Assembly (NCBI RefSeq): GCF_024700885.2
Contig: NZ_CP117016.1
Length of the DNA: 64,000 nucleotides
Source of the DNA: Escherichia coli
GTDB lineage: Bacteria > Pseudomonadota > Gammaproteobacteria > Enterobacterales > Enterobacteriaceae
Reading direction: 5' to 3' (one strand)
The notes under the pieces are model-generated. The model saw only the letters and a list, made by a program, of their open reading frames with translations. It had not been told where the DNA came from and ran no database searches. Shown here in pieces: positions 9,742 through 18,181 of this stretch. Position numbers and translations under genes: made by a program. Numbering within the stretch: position 1 is the first letter of the stretch; each line of letters opens with the position of its first letter.

Positions 9742-11056
9742 TCGCACCTCCTACATTTCCCGCCGCCACCAGCGGGAGTGCTTTGGTTTCTGGTGCCCAT
9801 AGCCAGGTCACAACAAAACCAACCAACAACACTGCCGCCAGGAGCATTAAGGTGACTTGCATTCCCCACTGCGCCAGCACCCACGGCAGCAGGCCAGTAC
9901 TTACCGCCGCCCCCAACCGACTCATGGCGGTGGCAAAACCGACGCCCAGCGAGCGAATGTCAGTAGGAAAACTTTCCGCAGGCAAAATGCCCACCAGATT
10001 ACTGACTGCCGAAATGGTGGTGCTGAAGAGAACAAAAAGCAGCAGCGTTAATGAACTGCCGGAAGGCAAACAAGCCATCACTACCAGCGTTGCCGCCAGC
10101 AGCAAAAAACTTCCCAGCAAAAATTTGCGATGTGCCAGCAGGTGCGTCAGAACTAATCCCAGCAGCGCACCCACAATTAACAACGCATTAAGCATCAGGC
10201 TAGCGGTCAACGCATCTTCCAGACCAATAGTCTGGGCGATAGTTGGCAGCCAGGTATAAATCACAAACCATGGGATTACGAGGCAGACAAAGAAGACGCT
10301 GTTAAACGCCGTGCGCCGCCAGTAGCGCGAAGAGAACAAGGTTTTGATGTGTTTATGGGTCGCCGTTGCCACTTCATCGCCCAGTAAAACATGGGGACCA
10401 AAATAGCGATGCACGATAGCGTGAGCTTCTGCAAAACGCCCCTGCCGCAGTAGCCAGCGTGGCGATTCTGGCGTTCCCCAGCGTAATAACGTAATCAACA
10501 ATGCGGGCAGAGCTGCCGATGCCAGCAGCCAGCGCCAGGCCTCCGGGCTTTCGCTAATAAAGTGATGTCCGGCAATACTTGCCAGCACATAGCCTACGGT
10601 CCACACCACGCTGAATGCGCCCAGCAAAATACCGCGATGGCGGCGCGGAGAAAATTCAGCCAGCAAGGTGTGGCCTACTGAGTAATCGCCTCCCAGACCA
10701 ATGCCGATCAAAATGCGCAGTCCAATAAGATGCTCTGGCGTGGTGGCAAAAAATTGTAAGAACGAAGCGAGCGTAATCAGCAAAAAGCTGAAGGTGAAGA
10801 TTTTTTGCCGACCAATATGGTCGGAGATCCACCCCAAAACCAGGCTACCGATAAACAGGCCAAGTAGCGCCGAGCCGCCAATCATTCCCGCCATAAACGG
10901 CGTCAGTTGCATGGCGGGTGTAAGCTGAATAATGGCGTAACCAATGACGCCGAGAACATAACCGTCGGTCAGGTGCGCGCCGAAAGTGAGCGCAGCAATT
11001 CGACAGTGAAAACGGTTAAGCGGTAAATCATCCATTCGCACCGGTGAAGTGTTCAT
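9719..11056 (-). CDS. ygcS: MFS transporter (sugar-porter type)
   Basis: ORF 9719..11149 trimmed to ATG at 11056 (445 aa, MNTSPVRMDDLPLNRFHCRIA...); multiple hydrophobic spans. Confidence 0.85.
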   Translation of the reverse strand: MNTSPVRMDDLPLNRFHCRIAALTFGAHLTDGYVLGVIGYAIIQLTPAMQLTPFMAGMIGGSALLGLFIGSLVLGWISDHIGRQKIFTFSFLLITLASFLQFFATTPEHLIGLRILIGIGLGGDYSVGHTLLAEFSPRRHRGILLGAFSVVWTVGYVLASIAGHHFISESPEAWRWLLASAALPALLITLLRWGTPESPRWLLRQGRFAEAHAIVHRYFGPHVLLGDEVATATHKHIKTLFSSRYWRRTAFNSVFFVCLVIPWFVIYTWLPTIAQTIGLEDALTASLMLNALLIVGALLGLVLTHLLAHRKFLLGSFLLLAATLVVMACLPSGSSLTLLLFVLFSTTISAVSNLVGILPAESFPTDIRSLGVGFATAMSRLGAAVSTGLLPWVLAQWGMQVTLMLLAAVLLVGFVVTWLWAPETKALPLVAAGNVGGANEHSVSV

Positions 11057-11086
11057 CTTTACCCCTTCATTGTCCGGTAATAAGAA

Positions 11087-11108
11087 CGGCTTCTCGCCTG
11101 AGAAGCCG
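11087..11108 (-). terminator. intercistronic hairpin between ygcU stop and ygcS start (possible partial terminator or processing site)
   Basis: 9-bp stem CGGCTTCTC/GAGAAGCCG with 4-nt loop; on the minus strand followed by UUCUUAUU. Confidence 0.3.
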
Positions 11109-11148
11109 AAAAGGCAACGCCCCTCATAGCGGAACGCTGCCTCACACA

Positions 11149-12603
11149 TTATTTTTCAATCGGATAGATAGTACCCGTATTCATAATGCCGTTAGGATCG
11201 AACTGTTTTTTCAGACCTTCCAGCAACGTCCACGCGCTGCCGTGTTCCAGTTTGCTCCAGTGAACGCGATGTTTACCAATACCGTGGTGGTGCACCATCG
11301 AACCGCCGAGGCGAATGGTTTCTTCGCAGATGATTTTGTTGAGCGGATTGTGGTACTTGTCGATTTCCTCTTCCGGCTTACAGTCGACAACGTTGTAGTC
11401 GTAAACGAAGTACATGTTGGTGCCGTTCTGGTAGCTGTGAGAGGAGTGACCGCCCAGCATGGTGATGTCGTCGGCGTGCGGGAACTCGGTACGAATACGG
11501 TTAATAACGCTTTCGTAGATTTCGTGGATGCAGCTCCAGCAGCCGGACACTTCGGTGGTAAAGCCCATGTTGCCGGTTTTGAGGATCTGCACACGTTCAG
11601 CGGCCACTTTATCCGGCCCCCAGTTCAGGTGATTAAACCAGGTTTCGATCAGCTTGCTGTCCACTCGCTGGCATTGCGGGTAACGTGCCACGATTTCCGC
11701 AATCCCTTCGCCTGTCGCCTTCGCAATGCGAGGGTTACCTTCAGCCATAAAGATCAGCACACATTTACCATCGGCAAAATGGGTGAAGTGTTGGGTGCCA
11801 TCTTCAGCGTCATACAAACGAGCGATCGACGGACGATACCCTTCCACCATGATTTCACGCAGGATGTTGAAGCCGGTTTTCATGTCTTCCAGGATATAGC
11901 CGTAGAAGAGGTTGTTTTCCGGGGTGAACTTAAAGATTTTCACAGTTACTTCAGTGATATAGCACAATGCACCTTCGTTGCCGATGATGATGTGACGAAT
12001 GTCCGGGCCTGCCGCGCGGCGTGGTACGTTTTTAATGCGTGTTACGGTGCCATCAGCCAATACTGCTTCCAGACCAACGACCATATCTTCGATTGCGCCG
12101 TAGAGTGTGGAGAACTGCCCGATACTGCGGGTTGCTACCAGGCCGCCCATCTGCGCCAGCGGCTTTGACTGCGGAGAATGCCCCGTGGTGTAACCTTTTT
12201 CACGCAACGCGTTTTCCAGCACCTCCAGCGGAACGCCACATTGCGCCGTCGCCTGCATATTCTCAATATCAATATTAATGATTTGATTCATGGCGGAGCC
12301 GTCGAGCACCACCGAGTTTTCCACAACGGTTTCCAGCCCACCTTCAGTGGCGGAAGCGCCGGTACGCGGCACACCGTTAATTTTGTGCGCATTCATAAAA
12401 TTCAGCACACGGGAGACTTGTTCTGTGGAACCGAGTTTTACGACCGCTGCCGGAATCGGCAAAGTATAAATACCATGAATATCCGGAAATTTACGAAAAC
12501 GGTCAATACTGTTTTTCTTTAATACTGTTTCATCGGTAATTACGCGATCTGCACCAACAATTTCCTTTAGCTGGTCGACAATCGCTGCGCGAGATAAAGA
12601 CAT
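11149..12603 (-). CDS. ygcU: FAD-linked oxidase (FAD-binding PCMH type; alkyl-DHAP synthase / D-lactate dehydrogenase-like)
   Basis: 484-aa ORF, MSLSRAAIVDQLKEIVGADRVITDETVLKKNS... Confidence 0.85.
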   Translation of the reverse strand: MSLSRAAIVDQLKEIVGADRVITDETVLKKNSIDRFRKFPDIHGIYTLPIPAAVVKLGSTEQVSRVLNFMNAHKINGVPRTGASATEGGLETVVENSVVLDGSAMNQIINIDIENMQATAQCGVPLEVLENALREKGYTTGHSPQSKPLAQMGGLVATRSIGQFSTLYGAIEDMVVGLEAVLADGTVTRIKNVPRRAAGPDIRHIIIGNEGALCYITEVTVKIFKFTPENNLFYGYILEDMKTGFNILREIMVEGYRPSIARLYDAEDGTQHFTHFADGKCVLIFMAEGNPRIAKATGEGIAEIVARYPQCQRVDSKLIETWFNHLNWGPDKVAAERVQILKTGNMGFTTEVSGCWSCIHEIYESVINRIRTEFPHADDITMLGGHSSHSYQNGTNMYFVYDYNVVDCKPEEEIDKYHNPLNKIICEETIRLGGSMVHHHGIGKHRVHWSKLEHGSAWTLLEGLKKQFDPNGIMNTGTIYPIEK

Positions 12604-12672
12604 AGTAATTCCTTCCTGATAATAAAAATGGAATAATCATTAATAAGAGAAAACAGAAACCACCGTTATGGA

Positions 12673-13458
12673 TTAGCGCACTAAATAACCGCCATCGACC
12701 ACTAATAAATGCCCGTTAACATAATTTGAAGCCGGACTTGCGAGGAATACGGCTGCGCCCATTAAATCCTGAGTATCGCCCCAACGGTTTGCCGGAATAT
12801 GATCAAGAACGCGCTGGTTAGTTTCTGGATTACTACGGGTCGCCAGAGTGATATCGGTAGCGTAATATCCCGGGGCAATACCATTCACCTGAATATTATA
12901 TTGACCTAATTCATCGCAATAGGCTTTGGTGAATCCGGCAAGAGCATGTTTAGTGGCAGAATAAGCAGGTGACCATTGTCCACCTAAGTAAGAGAACAAT
13001 GAACAGATATTAATGATTTTACCGCTTTTCTGCGGGATCATAATTTTTGCAGCTTCATAGCTTAACTCGAATGCGGCGGTCAGGTTCACATCAATCATTG
13101 GATCCCAGTCGGCACGACCGAAGTCCAGCACCTTATTCAGCTTACAAATACCGGCATTGTTAACCAGAATATCGACGGTACCGAAACGTTCGCAACAGGC
13201 GGCGATTATCTTCTGCGGCGCGCCTTTTGCGGTGATATCCACCTGCATGAAGTCTACTTCAACACCCTGTTTTTCAATCATTTCCTTTGTTTCGCCGTTA
13301 TCTTTGACGAAGCTTGGAATAAAGATATTTGCGCCTGCTTTGGCCAGCGCCATGGCAAATGCCTGGCCTAAACCGCTATTCCCGCCGGTAACAATTGCGG
13401 TTTTACCTTTCAGGGAGAAAAAATCCATTGAGAACGCATTGAGAGATTCGATTGACAT
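12673..13458 (-). CDS. ygcW: short-chain dehydrogenase/reductase (KduD-like)
   Basis: ORF 12673..13533 trimmed to ATG at 13458 (261 aa, MSIESLNAFSMDFFSLKGKTAIVTGGNSGLG...); Rossmann TGGNSGLG motif; GGAG SD 8 nt upstream. The longer ORF-track N-terminus is encoded by the leader terminator (poly-Phe from the T-run). Confidence 0.85.
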   Translation of the reverse strand: MSIESLNAFSMDFFSLKGKTAIVTGGNSGLGQAFAMALAKAGANIFIPSFVKDNGETKEMIEKQGVEVDFMQVDITAKGAPQKIIAACCERFGTVDILVNNAGICKLNKVLDFGRADWDPMIDVNLTAAFELSYEAAKIMIPQKSGKIINICSLFSYLGGQWSPAYSATKHALAGFTKAYCDELGQYNIQVNGIAPGYYATDITLATRSNPETNQRVLDHIPANRWGDTQDLMGAAVFLASPASNYVNGHLLVVDGGYLVR

Positions 13459-13482
13459 AGTTAGCTCCAATTTCCGTAAGGC

Positions 13483-13530
13483 AAAAAAAAAGAAAGGTAA
13501 CTTCCCCCGCGAGAGGGAAGTTACCTTTCT
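13483..13530 (-). terminator. intrinsic terminator in the 5' leader of ygcW (candidate attenuator)
   Basis: Perfect 16-17 bp stem (13491-13507 / 13514-13530, loop CGCGAG) followed on the minus strand by a run of 8-9 U, ending 24 nt upstream of the ygcW ATG. Confidence 0.6.
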
Positions 13531-13582
13531 CATTATCTCTGGTAACTGGAGATAATTTTTATCATAAGGGCATAATCGCTAA

Positions 13583-13598
13583 TGTGATCGTAATCACA
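13583..13598. promoter_or_regulatory. consensus CRP-binding site TGTGA-N6-TCACA in the ygcW/yqcE divergent region
   Basis: aaTGTGAtcgtaaTCACAgt read directly; both half-sites match consensus perfectly. Confidence 0.55.
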
Positions 13599-13704
13599 GT
13601 GTGATATTCGAATTGTCAAATAATTTTAAAAAGCAGAAGCGTGATTACTCTCACACAACACCACTGCTTTCCATGTTATTTCTTATTGCAATTACTAGAG
13701 ACCT

Positions 13705-13752
13705 GAGAAAAGTAATCCACCTGAAAGGGCGGCTTACTTTTCTCTTTTTTTT
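13705..13752 (+). terminator. intrinsic terminator in the 5' leader of yqcE (candidate attenuator)
   Basis: Perfect 11-bp stem GAGAAAAGTAA / TTACTTTTCTC (18-nt loop) followed by T8 (13745-13752), ending 24 nt upstream of the yqcE ATG. Confidence 0.55.
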
Positions 13753-13776
13753 GTCTATTACAAATGGGAATACGAT

Positions 13777-15054
13777 ATGCAACACAACTCATGTCGCCGT
13801 TGGATAACCCTCGCGATAATTAGTTTTAGCGGCGGCGTTAGTTTCGACCTGGCTTATTTACGTTATATTTATCAAATTCCCATGGCGAAATTTATGGGAT
13901 TCAGCAATACCGAGATAGGTTTAATAATGAGTACCTTTGGTATTGCGGCTATTATTCTTTATGCCCCCAGCGGCGTTATTGCCGATAAATTTTCACACCG
14001 CAAAATGATTACTTCCGCGATGATCATTACCGGATTACTGGGTCTGTTAATGGCAACATATCCACCGCTGTGGGTAATGCTCTGTATTCAGGTCGCCTTT
14101 GCGATAACGACGATTTTAATGCTGTGGTCGGTGTCGATTAAAGCCGCCTCGTTGCTGGGCGATCATAGCGAGCAAGGGAAAATTATGGGCTGGATGGAAG
14201 GGCTGCGCGGCGTCGGTGTAATGTCGCTGGCGGTGTTTACCATGTGGGTCTTTTCTCGCTTTGCACCGGATGACAGCGCCAGCCTGAAAACGGTCATTAT
14301 TATCTATAGTGTGGTTTACATTCTGCTGGGCATTTTGTGTTGGTTTTTTGTTAGCGATAACAACAACCTGCGCAATACCAATAACGAAGAAAAACATTCA
14401 TTCCAGCTTAGCGACATCCTGGCCGTTTTGCGCATCAGAACCACCTGGTATTGCAGCATGGTGATTTTTGGTGTCTTCACCATCTACGCCATTCTGAGTT
14501 ACTCCACCAACTATCTGACCGAAATGTACGGCATGTCGCTGGTGGCGGCGAGCTACATGGGGATTGTGATCAACAAAATCTTCCGCGCGCTGTGCGGCCC
14601 ACTTGGTGGCATTATCACCACCTACAGCAAAGTGAAATCCCCTACCCGCGTGATCCAAATCCTTTCCGTACTCGGCTTGCTGGCGTTAACTGCCCTGCTC
14701 GTCACGAACTCTAACCCGCAATCGGTCGCGATGGGGATTGGCCTGATTTTACTGCTGGGATTCACCTGTTACGCCTCACGCGGGCTGTACTGGGCCTGCC
14801 CTGGCGAAGCGAGAACACCGTCTTACATTATGGGCACCACGGTAGGTATTTGTTCGGTGATTGGATTCCTGCCGGATGTCTTCGTTTACCCGATTATCGG
14901 CTACTGGCAAGACACCCTGCCCGCTGCAGAAGCCTACCGCAATATGTGGCTGATGGGCATGGCGGCGCTTGCCATGGTGATCGTCTTTACCTTTTTGCTG
15001 TTCCAAAAAATTCGTACTGCTGATAGCGCCCCTGCTATGGCTAGCAGCAAGTAA
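13777..15054 (+). CDS. yqcE: MFS transporter
   Basis: 425-aa ORF, MQHNSCRRWITLAIISFSGG...; many hydrophobic spans. Confidence 0.85.
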   Translation: MQHNSCRRWITLAIISFSGGVSFDLAYLRYIYQIPMAKFMGFSNTEIGLIMSTFGIAAIILYAPSGVIADKFSHRKMITSAMIITGLLGLLMATYPPLWVMLCIQVAFAITTILMLWSVSIKAASLLGDHSEQGKIMGWMEGLRGVGVMSLAVFTMWVFSRFAPDDSASLKTVIIIYSVVYILLGILCWFFVSDNNNLRNTNNEEKHSFQLSDILAVLRIRTTWYCSMVIFGVFTIYAILSYSTNYLTEMYGMSLVAASYMGIVINKIFRALCGPLGGIITTYSKVKSPTRVIQILSVLGLLALTALLVTNSNPQSVAMGIGLILLLGFTCYASRGLYWACPGEARTPSYIMGTTVGICSVIGFLPDVFVYPIIGYWQDTLPAAEAYRNMWLMGMAALAMVIVFTFLLFQKIRTADSAPAMASSK

Positions 15055-15080
15055 GTCCAGAAAATTACAGGAGAAAAATC

Positions 15081-16559
15081 ATGTCGAAAAAATACATCAT
15101 AGGGATTGATGGCGGAAGTCAGAGCACAAAAGTGGTGATGTACGATCTGGAAGGTAACGTGGTTTGCGAAGGCAAAGGCTTATTACAGCCGATGCACACG
15201 CCAGATGCCGATACTGCAGAACATCCTGACGACGATTTATGGGCATCATTATGTTTTGCCGGTCACGATTTGATGAGTCAGTTTGCCGGAAATAAAGAAG
15301 ATATTGTCGGTATTGGTCTGGGATCCATCCGTTGCTGCCGTGCGTTATTGAAAGCCGATGGCACGCCAGCTGCGCCGTTGATTAGCTGGCAGGATGCTCG
15401 CGTTACACGCCCTTACGAACATACGAATCCTGACGTGGCATATGTCACCTCTTTTTCGGGTTATCTGACGCATCGCTTAACCGGCGAGTTTAAAGATAAT
15501 ATCGCCAACTATTTTGGTCAGTGGCCGGTGGATTATAAGAGCTGGGCATGGAGCGAAGAGGCTGCGGTAATGGATAAGTTTAATATCCCCCGTCATATGC
15601 TGTTTGATGTGCAAATGCCTGGCACCGTCCTCGGACATATCACACCACAAGCCGCGCTGGCGACACATTTCCCGGCTGGGCTGCCGGTTGTTTGTACCAC
15701 CAGTGATAAACCGGTAGAAGCACTGGGAGCCGGGTTACTGGATGATGAAACTACGGTAATTTCTCTTGGCACTTACATCGCGTTGATGATGAACGGCAAA
15801 GCACTGCCGAAAGATCCGGTAGCGTACTGGCCGATTATGTCTTCTATTCCGCAAACATTGCTGTATGAAGGTTACGGTATCCGCAAAGGCATGTGGACAG
15901 TGAGCTGGCTGCGCGACATGTTAGGCGAGTCGTTAATTCAGGATGCCAAAGCACAGGATCTTTCACCGGAAGATTTGCTCAACAAAAAAGCGTCTTGTGT
16001 GCCGCCTGGCTGTAATGGTCTGATGACGGTGCTGGACTGGCTGACCAATCCGTGGGAACCGTACAAACGCGGGATTATGATCGGCTTTGATTCCAGCATG
16101 GATTACGCATGGATATATCGTTCGATACTGGAAAGCGTGGCGCTGACGCTGAAGAACAATTACGACAATATGTGTAATGAAATGAATCACTTTGCAAAGC
16201 ATGTGATCATTACTGGCGGCGGTTCGAACAGCGATCTGTTTATGCAGATTTTTGCCGACGTGTTCAACCTTCCGGCACGCCGTAACGCCATTAATGGTTG
16301 TGCAAGTCTGGGGGCAGCGATTAATACGGCGGTAGGTCTGGGGCTATACCCGGATTACGCAACGGCTGTCGACAAAATGGTTCGCGTGAAAGATATCTTT
16401 ATGCCTGTTGAGAGCAACGCCAAACGCTACGACGCGATGAATAAAGGCATTTTCAAAGACCTAACCAAGCACACTGATGTGATCCTGAAAAAATCGTATG
16501 AAGTGATGCATGGTGAGCTGGGGAATGAAGATTCGATCCAGAGCTGGTCGAATGCGTAA
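15081..16559 (+). CDS. ygcE: FGGY-family carbohydrate kinase
   Basis: 492-aa ORF, MSKKYIIGIDGGSQSTKVVMYDLEGN...; N-terminal GIDGG sugar-kinase motif. Confidence 0.85.
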   Translation: MSKKYIIGIDGGSQSTKVVMYDLEGNVVCEGKGLLQPMHTPDADTAEHPDDDLWASLCFAGHDLMSQFAGNKEDIVGIGLGSIRCCRALLKADGTPAAPLISWQDARVTRPYEHTNPDVAYVTSFSGYLTHRLTGEFKDNIANYFGQWPVDYKSWAWSEEAAVMDKFNIPRHMLFDVQMPGTVLGHITPQAALATHFPAGLPVVCTTSDKPVEALGAGLLDDETTVISLGTYIALMMNGKALPKDPVAYWPIMSSIPQTLLYEGYGIRKGMWTVSWLRDMLGESLIQDAKAQDLSPEDLLNKKASCVPPGCNGLMTVLDWLTNPWEPYKRGIMIGFDSSMDYAWIYRSILESVALTLKNNYDNMCNEMNHFAKHVIITGGGSNSDLFMQIFADVFNLPARRNAINGCASLGAAINTAVGLGLYPDYATAVDKMVRVKDIFMPVESNAKRYDAMNKGIFKDLTKHTDVILKKSYEVMHGELGNEDSIQSWSNA

Positions 16560-16568
16560 GTGAGGAAG

Positions 16569-16591
16569 GCCGGGCGGGAAACTGCCCGGCC
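16569..16591 (+). terminator. GC-rich stem-loop just downstream of ygcE stop (possible terminator, no U-run)
   Basis: GGCCGGGC-GGGAAACT-GCCCGGCC, 8-bp stem. Confidence 0.4.
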
Positions 16592-16605
16592 TGAACATAC
16601 CTGAA

Positions 16606-16877
16606 TGGTTATCCCCGCTGACGCGGGGAACTCGCCAGTGCCTGGTCATATGTGTAACACCTATCCGGTTTATCCCCGCTCGCGCGGGGAACTCTTGCTG
16701 TATAGAGATTATCGGCGTGGGATTGTCGGTTTATCCCCGCTCGCGCGGGGAACTCGTTTGCGGCTTGCAAACATTTTAATGCGTATTCGGTTTATCCCCG
16801 CTCGCGCGGGGAACTCCCAGCCCGACACAAATAATGCAGCATTGCGCGCGGTTTATCCCCGCTCGCGCGGGGAACTC
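16606..16877 (-). CRISPR. orphan type I-E-like CRISPR array: 5 repeats (29 bp; leader-distal one degenerate, 28 bp) and 4 spacers of 32 bp
   Basis: Repeats at 16606-16633 (degenerate TGGTTATCCCCGCTGACGCGGGGAACTC), 16666-16694, 16727-16755, 16788-16816, 16849-16877, consensus CGGTTTATCCCCGCTCGCGCGGGGAACTC. Spacers: GCCAGTGCCTGGTCATATGTGTAACACCTATC; TTGCTGTATAGAGATTATCGGCGTGGGATTGT; GTTTGCGGCTTGCAAACATTTTAATGCGTATT; CCAGCCCGACACAAATAATGCAGCATTGCGCG. No cas genes in the window. Confidence 0.9.
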
Positions 16878-17040
16878 TCTAAACATAACCTATTATTAAT
16901 TAATGATTTTTTAAGCCAGTCACAATCTACCAACTTTACAGTATCACACAAACAACACATCTATTATGTTAAAGAGCACTTAATCCATTGATTGAAAAGG
17001 TAAATATTTAAAATAACTCTATACAAACTAAAATCTACCA
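16878..17040 (-). other. AT-rich CRISPR leader adjacent to the intact terminal repeat
   Basis: AT-rich sequence abutting the non-degenerate end of the array; extent approximate. Confidence 0.5.
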
Positions 17041-17216
17041 AACTCCGACGTAATAATTTTCACCTCAGAGAAAAATTAACGCCACAGAATTTGTAGAGAA
17101 TGACAATGATTAGTCCGGAATGGGCAAAATGGATGAGTTTTCAGAGGCGACAAAAAATATAAATGAGTGGAAGTCTTTACAGGTTCCACCCATTTATAAC
17201 GCATATAAATGTGTAA

Positions 17217-17888
17217 TCAGGCAATATTTAAATATTTATGTGTTTGCATCGACAAACGCCAGTTACGCGCAATGCAAGTTTCAATGCACAAACGTGTGGC
17301 ATCATCCTTTTGGCTAATCGGCTGCAGTGCAATGACTCGCGGTTTATCATCGGTCAGCGTCGCAAGCAATTCATCCAGTGCTTCGATATCACGTACGCGT
17401 CCAACTGGGTGTTTGATTTCGTTAGCTCGCTCCAGGGCTTGCGACAATACTTCATAACCACCACGCATATTTAGCTTTGGCGACACGGTGACCCAGGTAT
17501 TCGACGTACAACGCACTTCATGAGTACCGCTGGTTTCTATCTGGCAACTGAAACCGTTCTTTTCGAGCAGATCAGTTAGTGGCATCAAGTCATGAATACA
17601 AGGTTCACCACCCGTAATCACCACGTGACGCGCGGTGTATCCCTGACGACCGATGACTGCGAGTAAGTCTTCACTGCTTGCTGCTCCCCACTTATCACTC
17701 TCTTTCGTTTTACCCAGAATGCTGAAAAGGGAAACTTCCCGATCCTCAAGCTTTTCCCATGTGTGTTTGGTGTCGCACCAGGCACAGCCGACCGGGCATC
17801 CCTGTAAACGAATAAAAATGGCGGGAACGCCGGTAAAGTAACCCTCACCTTGCAGGGTCTGGAACATCTCGTTAATCGGGTACTGCAT
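17217..17888 (-). CDS. queE: 7-carboxy-7-deazaguanine synthase (radical SAM, queuosine pathway)
   Basis: 223-aa ORF, MQYPINEMFQTLQGEGYFTGVPAIFIRLQGCPVGCAWCDTK...; radical-SAM Cys motif. Confidence 0.9.
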   Translation of the reverse strand: MQYPINEMFQTLQGEGYFTGVPAIFIRLQGCPVGCAWCDTKHTWEKLEDREVSLFSILGKTKESDKWGAASSEDLLAVIGRQGYTARHVVITGGEPCIHDLMPLTDLLEKNGFSCQIETSGTHEVRCTSNTWVTVSPKLNMRGGYEVLSQALERANEIKHPVGRVRDIEALDELLATLTDDKPRVIALQPISQKDDATRLCIETCIARNWRLSMQTHKYLNIA

Positions 17889-18181
17889 AGCATTCTCTGT
17901 GAAGTGGATAATTGTTAATTATTGCAGATCCTGCCACAACAATCATGTCTTATTAACATTCTGTTACAGGCAGGTTTAAAGAAAAATGAGAAACAGATCG
18001 TTAATAATAAAAGGGAGTAACGTATTATGTCAGAAATAAATAAAGTAAAGGGATTTAATCATGTCAAAAACATTCACCAAAATTATACTTATTTTTTCTG
18101 TGTTCGTTTTTAATTATAACGAATCTCAAATTACCGATGCCGCCGTCAATTTATTTATCCAGCTTTAATGGGACATTTATA

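Noticed and set aside
13459-13533. Longer ygcW N-terminus in the ORF track (MRKVTSLSRGKLPFFFFALRKLELT...), and similarly the longer ygcG start at 18137.
   Set aside because: The ygcW extension is encoded by the leader hairpin and U-run (poly-Phe) and lacks an SD, whereas the internal ATG at 13458 has a GGAG SD; for ygcG the internal ATG at 18182 matches the recalled 290-aa length of the K-12 protein.
16605-16991. 128-aa ORF spanning the CRISPR array.
   Set aside because: Its translation contains the repeated peptide YPRSRGEL generated by in-frame CRISPR repeats; an artefact of the array.
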